A stretch of DNA of 64,000 nt, from NCBI RefSeq assembly GCF_963921235.1, contig NC_086107.1:106642001-106706000 (forward strand). The letters run 5' to 3'. A program made the position numbers and the translations under genes. Numbering within the stretch: position 1 is the first letter of the stretch; every line of letters starts with the position of its first letter. Origin of the DNA: Mobula hypostoma. Its lineage: Eukaryota. The notes under the pieces were generated by a model. That model was not told where the DNA came from. It did no database searches and was given only the letters and a program-made list of their open reading frames with translations. Below are positions 25,117 to 36,825 of this stretch, piece after piece.

Positions 25117-25154
25117 GGAGAGAGAGAGAGAGCCAGAGAGAGGCAGCAGGCGAT
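24880..25154 (+). promoter_or_regulatory. Putative FAM83F promoter and 5' UTR
   Basis: Two inverted CCAAT boxes (ATTGG at 24956 and 24986, 30 bp apart), CRE-like TTACGTCA (about 24883) and TCACGTCA (25055), and a (GA)n tract just upstream of the ATG. Confidence 0.5.
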
Positions 25155-25604
25155 ATGGCTGACTCCCAGTTGATTTGTTTGGATGATAATCATGTTAATG
25201 TTAGCATTAATGACAAGAATCCACAATTCTTTTACTGTGAATCACAGCGCCTGGCTTTGGGGGAACTGCTGGAATCCAAGGCAGCAGATTTCGGCAAAAT
25301 TATCAAGAAACAAGGCATGAAGGACTTTTTATCTTCTAAGGAAGTAAAGAAAATTTCCAAGCATTGGGAAAAGTATGACGTGGACAAAACAGACTCTCCA
25401 CAAGGTAAGGGAGCAGAGGGTGAAGGCTCCCTCACCTACTGGCCAGAAAAGAGTGACATTCCCATTCCCGAGCTGGACTTGGGCTGGACAGAGTATGTGG
25501 CCTATCGAGGGATCACTAGGGCCACCGTCTACATGCATCCCCCCAAGAACAATGAGCCTTTCATCAAGGAAATTGTGCGGAAGATGATCCAAGAGTCGAG
25601 CAAG
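25155..25604 (+). CDS. FAM83F: FAM83F exon 1 (DUF1669 N-terminal part, 150 codons)
   Basis: MADSQLICLDDNHVN...FYCESQRLAL...DFLS...SLTYWPEKSDIPIPELDLGW...YRGITRATVYMHPPK...KEIVRKMIQESSK; donor GTGAGT at 25605. Confidence 0.93.
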
Positions 25605-25629
25605 GTGAGTGAGGAACGAGGGGCTCCCT

Positions 25630-26720
25630 CCAGAGGAACTTGCATTTAGTAGTGCCTTGGGCTGATCTCTGACAGTCAAGAGCTCTTGTTGAAGTCCACT
25701 TGTAATTGGGAGCTGTGAAGGAAGACCCACGATAACCACATGATGATGATGTCCGCGTGGTATCTGGTGGGGTTGGGCAGTCAGCTTTGGCCTAAAGGTG
25801 GTCAGCTCCTCATTCAATGGGTGACCCAGACATCTTTACATCCACCCACAGGGGCTTTGATTTAGTGTCCTGTCTGGAAGGTGGGGCTTCCAAGTGTGAT
25901 GTTCTCTCTGTCACCTCGCAGTGCAGCATTCCCTTATTACCACCCCCCGACAGTGCAGCGCTCCCTCAGTACTGTCCCTCCGACAGTGTGACACTCCCCC
26001 AGTACTGTCCCCCTGACAGTGCAGCGCTCCCTCGGTACCGTCCCTCTGACAGTGTGACGCTCCCTCAGTACTGTCCCTCTGACAGTGAGACACTCCCTCA
26101 GTACCGTCCCTCTGACAGTGTGACGCTCCCTCAGTACTGTCCCTCTGACAGTGTGACACTCCCTCAGTACTGTCCCTCTGACAGTGAGACACTCCCTCAG
26201 TACTGTCCCTCTGACAGTGAGACGCTCCCTCAGTACCGTCCCTCTGACAGTGTGACGCTCCCTCAGTACCGTCCCTCTGACAGTGCGACACTCCCTCAGT
26301 ACCGTCCCTCTGACAGTGCGACACTCCCTCAGTACCGTCCCTCTGACAGTGTGACCCTCCCTCAGTACTGTCCCTCTGACAGTGCAACACTCCCTCAGTA
26401 CTGTCCCTCTGACAGTGTGACGCTCCCTCAGTACTGTCCCTCTGACAGTGTGACACTCCCTCAGTACTATCCCTCTGACAGTGTGACGCTCCCTCAGTAC
26501 TGTCCCTCTGACAGTGCGACGCTCCCTCAGTACTGTCCCTCTGACAGTGTGACACTCCCTCAGTACTGTCCCTCTGACAGTGTGACCCTCCCTTGGTACC
26601 GTCCCTCCGACAGTGCAACCCTCCCTCGGTACCGTCCCTCTGGCAGTGCGACGCTCCCTCGGTACTGTCCCTCCAACCATTTTGCACTCCATCACTAATA
26701 ACACTGGGATGAATCAGCCT
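25630..26720 (-). mobile_element. Degenerate Deu-SINE (SacSINE1-like) containing a tandem expansion
   Basis: AACTTGCATTT.., ATCTTTACATCCACC and GACAGTGCAGCGCTCCCTCAGTAC match the Deu-domain as recalled. The same motif occurs once at about 1990-2015. Confidence 0.5.
25949..26674 (+). repeat. 33-bp minisatellite, 22 copies (GACAGTGTGACGCTCCCTCAGTACTGTCCCTCT)
   Basis: 22 consecutive 11-codon units counted in the frame of ORF 25817-26698. Confidence 0.95.
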
Positions 26721-27244
26721 GGTTTTTACATATTTTTGAATCTGTTCTCTTCCAATTCTGAGTTAAGGCTGAACCACTGCTGAGAGTAGACTGGAAACGC
26801 AAGGAAGTTTGTGATCTCGCCTACGATAAGGCAGCTTCCCGATGCAAAGCCATCTTTCCAACACAAAGCCATCTTCCTGTGTGGGATGTCATGGTCATGC
26901 TGTAACTGATTAGGTTTCTTAAGGCACTGAGGTTTCATTTTCATTATGTTGTGCTTACAGTGGTTTCACAAGTTCTTTATCACAGTTTTGAAAGTTCAGC
27001 AAGACCTTGCAACCTCCTGCACAATTACAAGGCACAGCTTCTGCCTCAAGGCCTAAATCTCAGGCCTCCCTCCATCATCCATACTTGTTTGTATGTCTGT
27101 CTCCACCTTTAATAGAAGCTTCATTCCCAACTTTTTTTTTAAAACCTAATTCAACGTTTTCAGATCTCCCACAGTGGTTCGTAGTTGGTGTGGTGTAGAT
27201 TTCTGGTTTGGAGTAACAGAGTTCCGCAGAATAATCCAGTGAAA

Positions 27245-27283
<39 letters not shown>

Positions 27284-27949
27284 CCACCAAACCAGTTTGT
27301 GAACTTGTTTTGCATTCGAAATAATTTAGTTGCCAGGAATCTTGTAGGAGTTTCATAAACTGGCTCTTTCGGGAAGGAAATGTGTCATTTTAACATCTTC
27401 TCGGCCAATCTATGACTTGTTACTGTGCACTGGCCCAGTGAACCCCAGTTACAGCAAAGCGAGTTTATGAATGTAGCCTGACAGCTTCTCAGGGTTACCA
27501 GGGCCTGGGTAATAAAACTCCCCATCATGCTACATCCTAAGAATAAACAGGATTAAGAAAAAAAGGTGTCCAGAATTAATATATAGAGCATTTCCTTGTG
27601 CTAAATGAAATGGTCTGTTTTCTCTAGATATATAAATACTTGCTGTTGAAACTTTATACAAATCACAAGTATGTTTACATACCTATGCAAGTACCGACTA
27701 AAATCGCCATGGCAGCCAGTGCTCTCGTGATTTCTGTCAGGTGAGATCTTAAACTTTCTGCACTGATACATCCTGATTGATCCTCAGCCTCTTGGAATTT
27801 GTTTTGTCTGTGGAATTGAGATAACAATTTCTTGAGAATTTCCCTGAAGTCAGAGGCTCAGGTCACCCCTGACTATTTCGACTTGTCAGGTTTGGGTCAC
27901 ACCTACTTTCAAAGGCCTGGGCCTCAGGTCAGGCAGCTGGTAAAGAAGT

Positions 27950-28135
27950 CGGCCGGTGGTGATGAGGCATCAGCACTGGACTTTGAGGCAAATAGTCCCG
28001 TGTTCGAATCTGGCCAACCCCTCACACGCTTTCCATTCGTGCTGGGAGCGTCGGACTCGGCCTCCTGAAAAAAACAGACAAAATGCTGAGGAAACAGCAG
28101 AAATGCCGCCCAAGGCGTGAGAACAACAACGCATA
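27950..28135 (+). mobile_element. tRNA-derived SINE (related copy about 46050-46200)
   Basis: B-box GTTCGAATC and shared CACGCTTTC.AT.CGT..ACTCGGCC body. Confidence 0.55.
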
Positions 28136-28362
28136 AAGAAGAAAATAGCAAGAACGGTAAGCCGATCAAGCCTGCTCCACTACTCAACATCTATCCCATG
28201 CATCCAACTCCTTTTCTGTGTCTGTTCCCTCGAGCCCTCAATTCAGAATCAAAATCAGGTTTACTGGCAAATGTTGCGAAAGCTGCTGTTATATAGCAGC
28301 AGTACATTGCAATACATAAAAATAAAAGCTCTAAATTAAAGTAAGTATATATATATATAGAG

Positions 28363-28590
28363 TTGGGCATGTGGCCAAGTGGTTAAGGCGTTCGTCTGGT
28401 GATCTGAAGGTCGCTAGTTCGAGCCTCAGCTGTGACAGCGTGTTTGTACCCTTGAGCAAGGCACTTAACCACACATTGCTCTAGTCTGTGCGAGGAATGG
28501 CGCCCCACACAGACTTCCAATCTGCGCCTTGTACGGCATGAAAGTGCCCGACGCAGGCCTCTCATGGTCTGAGTCGACATTCCCTCCCAT
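28363..28590 (+). mobile_element. tRNA-derived CORE-like SINE (related copies about 42236-42520 and 47385-47650)
   Basis: A-box TGGCCAAGTGG, B-box GTTCGAGCC, core-like CCTTGAGCAAGGCACTTAACC. Confidence 0.7.
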
Positions 28591-28656
28591 ATATGTTTAA
28601 AAAGTTAAACTAACTAAGCACTGTAAGAAGAGGGGAAAAAAGCAGGGAGGTGGTGT

Positions 28657-29228
28657 AACACAGAAAATGCCAGAGGAACTCAGCAGGCCAGGCAGCATCT
28701 GTGGAAAAGAGTAAACAGTCGACGTTTCGGGCCGAGACCCTTCATCGGGTGTGGAAAAAAGATGAGGAGTCAGAGTAAGAAAGTAGGGGGAGGGGAGGAA
28801 GAACCACAAGGTGAAAGGTGAAACGGGAACGGGGGGAGGGGTGAAGTGAAGAGCTGGGTAGTTGATTGGTGAAAGAGATAGAGGGCTGGAAATGGGGAAT
28901 CTGACAGGAGAGGACAGAAGGCACTGGAAGAAAAGGGGGAGGAGCACCAGAGGGAGGTGATGGACAGATAAGGAGATAAGGTGAGAGTGGGAAATGGGAA
29001 TGGTGAAGCGGGGGGCGGGGGGCGCATTACCAGAAGTTTGAGAAATCGATCTTCATGCCATCAGGTTGGAGGCTACCCAAGCGGAATATAAGGAGTCCTG
29101 ATGAAGGGTCTCGGCCTGAAACGTCGACTACTTACTCTTTTCCATAGATGCTGCCTGGTCTTCTGAGTTCCTCCAGCATCTTGTGTGCATTGCTGGGATC
29201 TCCAGCATCAGCAGGTTTTCTCTCGTCC
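28657..29228. mobile_element. Fold-back Penelope insertion including the GIY-YIG C-terminal end
   Basis: Minus arm encodes LIFRLGSLQPDGMKIDFSNFW* then 3' UTR and a degenerate hammerhead (28717-28752). Plus arm starts at the hammerhead 29094. Diverged flanking duplication GAG(G/A)T(G/A)GTGT. Confidence 0.8.
29094..29129 (+). ncRNA. Minimal type I hammerhead ribozyme motif (intact core)
   Basis: AGTC-CTGATGA-AGGGTCTCGGCCT-GAAA-C-GTC-GACT. Confidence 0.75.
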
Positions 29229-30309
29229 GTGAGATAGTGTTCATGGGTTCAATATTCCTTCAGAAATCTGATGCAAGAGGGGAAGAAACTGTTTCTAAAT
29301 CGTGAAGGGTGTACCTTCAGGCTCCTGTATCCGGGAGGGCTTAGAGTTCATGAGTTTTGTTTCTTTTTCCTTCGGGCAGGGGGGAAGATTAATGTCTTTC
29401 TTTCAACAACTTCTGTGGTTTTTCTGTATTTTATGGCTATCTGGAGAAGGCGAATCTCAGAGTTGTATTCTGCGTAATACTTTGATAATAAAATGAACCT
29501 TTGAGCCTTTAAATGGGCATATTAATATGCAGAAAATGGAGGGATATGGACTTGGGCAGGCAGAAAGGACTAGTTTAGTTTGGCATTGAAACGGTTTGGT
29601 ACAACACTGTGAGCTGAAGGGTCTGTTCATGTGTTCTCTCAGAGAAATGCCTTATCTTATCAATAAATAACCTTCTTCTAATGATGGCTCTCAGAGCAAC
29701 CCCATCCATTCTCCATTATACAGTACTTCTTTTGTATCTCCAATCTCCATCACAACCCCACCCGCCTCCCTTCTGTCCTCACAAGAGGAATCCATTAATC
29801 CACGAAGCCGCACATACCCGAGAGGAAATTGGAGCACCTGGGGAAACCTGTGCCATTAGAGAGAGAACGTGAAAACTTCATACAGACAGTACCCGAGGTC
29901 AGGATCGAACCCTTGGTTCTGGAAGCCTTGAGGCAGTGGCATTGATTGCGGCTATGGACCAGCTGGGCCTAATGATGAAGAATTAGGAGGTTATCCCCAT
30001 TCTCCTGGCCCTATGGACTTGGGGGTAATTCGATGTGGTCGGACTGAGCCGACAGCGATCGTTTTAAGCACTGGGCTGAATTGGAAATGTTGGGTACAGG
30101 CCAAATCGAGGAGGTGGGGCTCTCCAGAGTTTGACGAAGCGACTGAACCCAATACTTGGACGATTTAGGCGCTAGGTTAGTTTGAAAAGATCAGGGTGTC
30201 AGGGCCTAAGGCGAAGGAAGGTCTGTTCAGCTCGGCATTGAACTAAAGGTCTGTGGATGAAACCTGTTTGTGGACATCAGTTCAGAACGCTACTTGCTTG
30301 CGTTTATTG

Positions 30310-30665
30310 CTTGCATAATGAAGCGGCTGAAATTGACGAGCTCTGCATGGGTGCAGAATGCAGCACCAATGCAGTCGTCAACGAAATGGAGAAAAAGCGG
30401 GGATGTGGTGCTGGGGTAGGTTTGGGACGAGGACTGCTCTACATTGCCAACGAAACGGCAAGCATAACTGGGCCTCGAGGTTGCCTGTGAGTACACCTCT
30501 GGTTTGGAGAAAGCGGGAGGATTGGAAAGGGAAGTTGTTGAAGGGTTAAGCACCAGTTCTGCCGGGCACAGGAGGGTAGGGGTGGCGGTGGGGAACTGGT
30601 CGGGACTGTTTTCCAGAAAGTAAGGGAGAGCCCTGAGGCCTTCCTGATGATTGAGGAGAAATGAA
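30310..30665 (-). mobile_element. Degenerate Penelope-like reverse transcriptase fragment
   Basis: HQEGLRALPYFL...LLCPAELVL...PSYACRFVGNVEQ...LFLHFVDDCIGAAFCTHAELVNF resembles PLE RT motifs (GPSYA, RYIDD). Confidence 0.75.
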
Positions 30666-31559
30666 CAGGGCCTGGGCGTCCGTATTGAAACTGAGGCGAT
30701 CCGGTCCAGGGAACCGAACACGACAAAGTGCTGGGGGAGCTCAGCAGGTCAGGCAGCCATCTATGGAGGGAGCTAAACAGTCGACATTTTGGGACAGTGT
30801 TTTGTGTGTGCGGCTCAAGGTTTCTAGCATCTGAGTCCGGGAACTGAGAGCTGTCAAAGTGTTGAATTGGTACATCATTGAAGTGGCATGTTAGTTTAGC
30901 AGTTACCATGACGATATTACAGCACCAGCGATCCAGTCGCGCCCCCGTCTATAAAGAATCTGTACGTTCTCCCCGTGACAGTATGGCTTTCCTCCAGGTG
31001 CTCCGGTTTCCTCCCACATTCCAGAGACTTACGGGGTAGTAGGTTAATTGGTCACATGGGCTCAATTTAGCGGCACAGGCTCGTCGAGCAAGAAAGGCCC
31101 TTTACCGTGTTGTATGCCTGAATAATGTAAAATAAATAATAAATAGACAGAACCAGAATCGGGTTTAGTAGTGGGCGGCCGTCGATCCCGGGGGATCATG
31201 GGTTTGCGCCTCTGGCGGACTGTGTCCTCTCCAGGGCGCAAGCCTGAGCGGGAAGATTTGAAGAACTGGCTGTGCCCATGTAGTGGGCTCCCCCTTTCCA
31301 CGTGACTGATGTAGTCCAAGGGAAGGGCAAGTGCCAATACAGCTTGTCACCAGTGTCGTCGCAGAGGTTGCCAGAGTGAAGTTGTAAACACCATCAAACT
31401 GCCTTAGGGACCCCGGCTCTGGATTTCTTCCTCGGGGTTTACTCCCAAAGCCTTTCCCATGGGTGGGTATGGCCACAAGGCAGTGGAGGTTTAAAATCAG
31501 AGTTTTCCTTCTCCTAGGCGGGCTGCTGTCCAAGGCTGACAAGCCCCACCTGCCCCGAA

Positions 31560-32668
31560 TCAGATTTGATATCACCGGCATATGTTGTGAACTTCGTTGT
31601 TTTGTGGCAGCAGTACAATGCAACACGCCATAATAGAGAGGAAAAATAAGTAAGTCAGTTACAGTAAGTATATATGTGTATATTAAATAGTTAAATTAAA
31701 AATAGTGCAAAAAACAGAAACTATTTTTTAAAAAAGTGAGGTAGTGCTCATGGGTTCAATGTCCATTTAGGAATCGGATGGCAGAGGGGAAGAAGCTGTT
31801 CCTGAATCACTGAGTGTGTGCCTTCAGACTCCCGTACCTCCTTCCTGATGGTAACATTGAGAAGAGGGCTTGACCTGGTTGGTGGGGGTCCTTAATGATG
31901 GATGCTGCTTTTCCGAGGCACCGCTCCCTGAAGATGTCTTCGATACCGCAGAGGCTAGCACCCGAGATGGAGCTGACTTAATTTTACAACTTTCTTTCGC
32001 TTCTTTCGATCCAGTGCGGTAGCAACCCAGCCCTCCCCCCATACCAGACAGTGATGCAGCCAGTCAGAATGCTGTCTGCAGTACATCTGTAGAATTTTTC
32101 GAGTGTCTCAGGTGACAAACCAGACCTCCTCAAATTCCTAATGAAATATGGCCGCCGTCTTGCCTTCTTTATAGCTGCATCGTTATGTTGGGACCAGGTT
32201 AGATCCTCAGAGAACTTGACACCCAGGAACATAATATTGCTCCCTCTCTCCACTTCTAATACCTCTATGAGGACTGGTTTGTCTTACTCTTTCTGAAGTC
32301 TGCTGAAGTCCGCAGGTCTTACTGACGCTGAGTGTAAGGTTATTGCTGCAACACCACTCAACTAACTGGTATATCTTGCTCCTGTACGCCCTTTCATCTC
32401 CATCGGAGACTCTGCCAACAGTGGTTGCATCATCAGCAAATTTACAGACGGCACTCGAGCCACACATCCCTGAGGTGCGCCGGTGTTGATCGTCAGCGAG
32501 GGAGAGATATTATCACCAGTCCGCATAGATTGTGGTTTTACGGTTAGGAAGTCGAGGATCCAATTACAGAGGGAGATACACAGGTTCTGTAGCTTATTGA
32601 AGTGGGAATGATCTTGTTAAACGCTGAGCTATAGTCAACAAACAGCATCCTGACATAGGTGTTTGTAT
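31560..32668 (-). mobile_element. Rex1/Babar-type LINE fragment, interrupted by a solo LTR
   Basis: [53 protein letters not shown]. Host sequence resumes at 33597. Confidence 0.78.
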
Positions 32669-32968
32669 TGTCATGTACCCCGTGACGGGGATAAAGAAAC
32701 CAGTAGAAATAGAAATCACTTTGGAGACTCGTTTTGCTATAAACTACTAATATTTATTAGTAACTACACAACACAGTAATATAAATGTAGATAAATCACA
32801 CAGATTAACAATGATTATATATAAAGTAAGTGTGGAATATATATGTATGAAAAACCAAGCTTCTTTAAGTCTAGGGGTAAAAAGGTACAGTCTTACGATG
32901 TTGAGTAAAGTTCAGTTCAGTTCAGTTCGTGGTATTTAGTTGAGTAGTGATGGAGAGAGAGAGAGGGG

Positions 32969-33026
<58 letters not shown>

Positions 33027-33596
33027 GTTGAGTCTTCAGGTGAGCTGATGCCGTCAATCTTCTCGTCATCCTCCGAAATCCTTTACTATCACCCAGGCGA
33101 GGGTGGACACATAGACAACTCCCCACCAGGCAACCCCTTCTCCACCGATGGAATAGCAATTTGGATCGATCCGCCTGATCGATCCTCCAAAACCCACTTT
33201 CTCTGCGGGCACAGCAATGCTCATTCAGTGTCCAGATCATGTGTCCTGAGGTCTGTATCATCTGACCTCCCATTTATTTCACCAGGCTGAGCATCACCTG
33301 CCATTCAAAGAGTCCCTCCTTCCTTTGTCTGCAAAGGAAATGCAAGCAGGCAACAAGTCCTTGAAAGTAACGTCAACAATCTGCCTTCAGTCATCATAGC
33401 AACTTTCGAGCTGCTTGGTGCTGGCTCCAAACCCAACTCAGTAAAAATCCGAAGTTACTTCCAATGCCTTAAAGTGACAGTCCAACCATTAATCTTCGTC
33501 TCTCTCTCCTTTCCAAATAAACCATCAATGATAAATGTCTCTCTCTGTCTCTCTTCAAACAGTTAATAGGGGCACTCCTGGATCCCCCCCCCCACA
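32669..33596 (-). mobile_element. Solo LTR, 928 bp (Gypsy- or ERV-like)
   Basis: TG...CA termini, 4-bp TSD GTAT at 32665-32668 and 33597-33600, internal (GA)n, homologous to 43907-44704. Confidence 0.85.
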
Positions 33597-33804
33597 GTAT
33601 TGTTTAGATGATCTAAGGCCATGTGAAGAGCTATTGAGATTGCGTCTGCTGAAACCTATTGTGGTGATATATAAAAGTAAACATGCACCGAAGCATCTTG
33701 AAAAACTTTGTTTTGATGTCTTCCATACAGGTTATTTTGTCACATCACTGCACTGTGGTAGTATTAGGGAAAACAAAAACAGATGGAGGAACAGTTTGCC
33801 ACAA

Positions 33805-34258
33805 GACCATAAGACATAGGAGCAGAATTAGGCCATTTGGCCCATCAGGTCTGCTCCGTTATTTCCTCATGGCTGATCCATTTTCCCCTCAGCCCCAATC
33901 TGCTGCCCTCTCCCCATAACCCTTCATGCCTTGACTAATCAACTTCTGCTTTAAATATACCCATTGACTTGGCCTCCACAGCCACCTGTGGCAACAAATT
34001 CCACAGATTCACCACATTCTCGGCTAAAATTCCTCCTCACCTCCATTCTAAATGGAGATCCATCTATTCTGAGGTTGTGTCCTCTGGTCTTTGTCTCCCC
34101 CACCATAGGAAACATCCTCTCAAAATCCACCCCACTGAGGCCTTTCAACACCCGATGGGTTTGAATGGAATTTCCTTCATTCTTCTGAACTCCAGTGAGT
34201 GCAGGCCCAGAGCCATAAAACACTCCTCATATGATAAGCCCTTCAATCCCGGAATCAT
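33805..34258 (-). mobile_element. CR1 LINE 3' fragment
   Basis: ERMFPMVGETKTRGHNLRI; CATAAGA tail. Similar fragments at 38420-38810 and 54388-54785. Confidence 0.75.
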
Positions 34259-34724
34259 TACAGCCAAAGGGAAAATGGAGTGCATACAGGCAATGTGCAA
34301 GGCCATGACAAGGTAGATAGAAAGGTCAAGAGTCCATATACTACAGTAGGGATCATCTTACGACAGCCGGATAGAAGCTGTCCTCGAGCCTGGTGGTGTG
34401 CACTTTCAGACTTGGCTGTCATTTTTGAGGGGGAGCAGAAAACGCCTGGGGTGGGTGGGGTCTGATTAAGTTGGCCGCGTTACGGAGGCAGCGGGAAGTG
34501 TAGGCAGCGGTGGAGAGCGTGCGATGTGTCACAGTTGTAGGTGCGGAGGAATTGGACCAGGGTTGGGGACAAGGGGTGGTTGATGGGACTACCCCTTAAG
34601 TATTCGGCCCTGGAACTCGATCTGTGTGATGCCAAGCTCTGTGTACTGCAGGGAGGGTGCCTTTCTCAATTCCTTTGTGAAACGTGGTTCGGAATATCTC
34701 CCATTGAGGTACCCCTCCCAAGCT

Positions 34725-35200
34725 CTTTATTTTTTGCAAACAGTTTGTTCACTCACAAAAATACACACCCACAACGGTCAGGTGTTCACCAAACCATTAA
34801 CAATTTCAAATTAAAGTATGATTACTGTTATCAACAAATCATTCAAGACCCGAGGAGGCCCACCATTCATGGAACTCCCCCACTGTGCCCATCGAGGCTG
34901 CACCCTTCTTCTCCATGGCCACCTGAGCAACGACCTAACCCTGGATGGGCGTTAGGCAGGTGGACTTCCCACTGCCTGGGCCTGTGCACTGCCTTCTTGG
35001 CTCGGCCTACCAGCAGGTTTCCCCCCAGTGACCCACCCCCTCTGCCCCGGGTGGCCATCGATCAGGAGCGTAAGGCTGATCAATGGTCAGAACTTGAGGA
35101 AGATGCACCATGACACAGGAAGCATGCACATTTGCAAGACACCCCAAGAGCTAAGGGGACCCATGCGGCAGCAGTGAGGGGGTATCATGGCAAAACAAAG
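34725..35200 (-). mobile_element. Degenerate Tx1/L1-like ORF2 C-terminus and 3' end
   Basis: LLVGRAKKAVHRPRQ and VAMEKKGAASMGTVGEFHEWWA resemble the Tx1 ORF2 end, followed by an A-rich tract on the minus strand. Confidence 0.5.
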
Positions 35201-35982
35201 GAGATCCTCCCCCCCCCGTCCCCCCATACAACACTAAACCCTGACTGACATCCTATCACCAACATACAAACACCACTCACCCCTCACTCCCCATAACTGG
35301 ACTCTCAACTCTCCCTTCCCTCCCTTCCTCAACACTCATGCACCCTCCACCCCTGCCAGCTTGAGACAGACCTCTTTACCTAGAGTGCTAATGGGGACAG
35401 GTGACTAGTGCTTTGGGCCTCATTTCTGCAGCTCTGCACTTGGCTTCTTCTAGTGTTCGAAATAAATTTATTAACAAAGTTTTTGTAGGTCACCCTGAGA
35501 TTCGTTTTCTTGAAAGGCATTCACAGTAGAACAAGGAAATACAATAGAATCAAACTACACCCAAAGATTGACCAACAACCAGCGTGCGAAAGAAGACTAA
35601 CTGTGCAAATGACGGTTTATTGGGTCACAATCCAGCCATGGGTATATTGTGAACACAAGAGATTCTGCAGATGCTGGAAATCTTCAGCAACACACACGCA
35701 CAAAATGCTGGACGAAGTCAACAAGTGAGCGAGCAGTCAACATTTCAGACCTTTCAGCGTCAGGGTATTTTGACTCTGTGGTTAAGAAGGCACATGGTGC
35801 ATTGGCCCTCACCACCCGTGGGATTGAGTTTAAGAGCCAAGAGGGAATGTTACAGCTATATAGGACCCTGGTCAGATCTTGGGGTACTGTACTCAGTTCC
35901 GGTCACCTCACTACAGGAAGGATGTGGAAACTATAGAAAGCGTGCAGAAGATATTTACAAGGATGTTGCCTGGATTGGAGGG

Positions 35983-36794
35983 TCCCCTCCTCCTTTCCTT
36001 TATTCAATGGTCCACTCTCCTCTCCTATCAGATTCCCTCTTCTCCAGGCTTTAACGTTTCCCACCCAGCTGGCTTCACCTACCACCTTCCAGCTAGCCTC
36101 TCCCCCCTCCTTTTTATTCTGGCATGTTCCCCCTTCCTTCTCAGTCCTGAAGAAGGGAGGGGGAAGATGCCAGAATAAAAAGGCCGGGGGGAGGGGCTAG
36201 CTGGGAGGTGATTGGCTCAAAACGTCGACTATCGATTCATTTCCATAGTTGCTGCCTGACCTGCTGAGTTCCTCCAGTGTTTTGTGTGTGTTGCTCCTGT
36301 TATCACGTCTGGGTTTATTGTTTGCAGTTCTATTTGACACGGAGCTCTCTGTGCCAAAGTCCAGATCACTGGCATGGCAGCTCCTTTCAATAGGTGTAAA
36401 ATCCTTTCTGCAGCAGAGTCATAAGCAGAAGGGATTCTGTGGAATGCTGGAAATCTTGAGCATCACACACAAAATGTAGGAGGAACTCAGCAAGTTAGGC
36501 AACATTTACGGAGAGGAATAAACAGTCAATGCTTCTTCTCATGAAGGGACCCATCTTCAGCCCTTTACCTCTTTCACCTATCTCTTCCCTGCTTCATACT
36601 TCATCCCGCCCCTCCACTCACCCACGTTTTCTCTCACCTGCCAGCTTGTACTCCTTCCCTTCTCCCCATCTCCTTATCCTGGCTTCTGTCCCCTTCCTTT
36701 CCGGTCCTGATGAAGGGTCTCGGCCTGAAGTGTCGGCTGTTTACTCTTCTCCATAGATGCTGCCTGGCCTGCTGAGCTCTTCTCACATTCTGTG

Positions 36795-36800
<6 letters not shown>
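35983..36800. mobile_element. Cluster of older Penelope 3' UTR fragments with degenerate hammerheads (36143 and 36703-36738)
   Basis: GTCCTGA(A/T)GAAGGG cores and ATAG.TGCTGCCTG..CTGCTGAG tails; local inversion at about 36157-36215. Confidence 0.65.

Positions 36801-36825
<25 letters not shown>

Noticed and set aside
25949..26674. CRISPR-like array
   Set aside because: Units are directly adjacent with no unique spacers, the context is eukaryotic, and there are no cas genes.
25817..26704. Three long ORFs (255-293 aa) on both strands
   Set aside because: By-product of a 33-bp tandem repeat inside FAM83F intron 1; no evidence of coding function.
28363..28440. tRNA gene
   Set aside because: A and B boxes are present but there is no proper cloverleaf and it runs into a SINE body; the same holds at about 42236, 46050 and 47390.
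34600..34730. U2 or other snRNA target next to the Tx1-like 3' end
   Set aside because: No recognisable match to U1, U2 or 5S sequence by eye.
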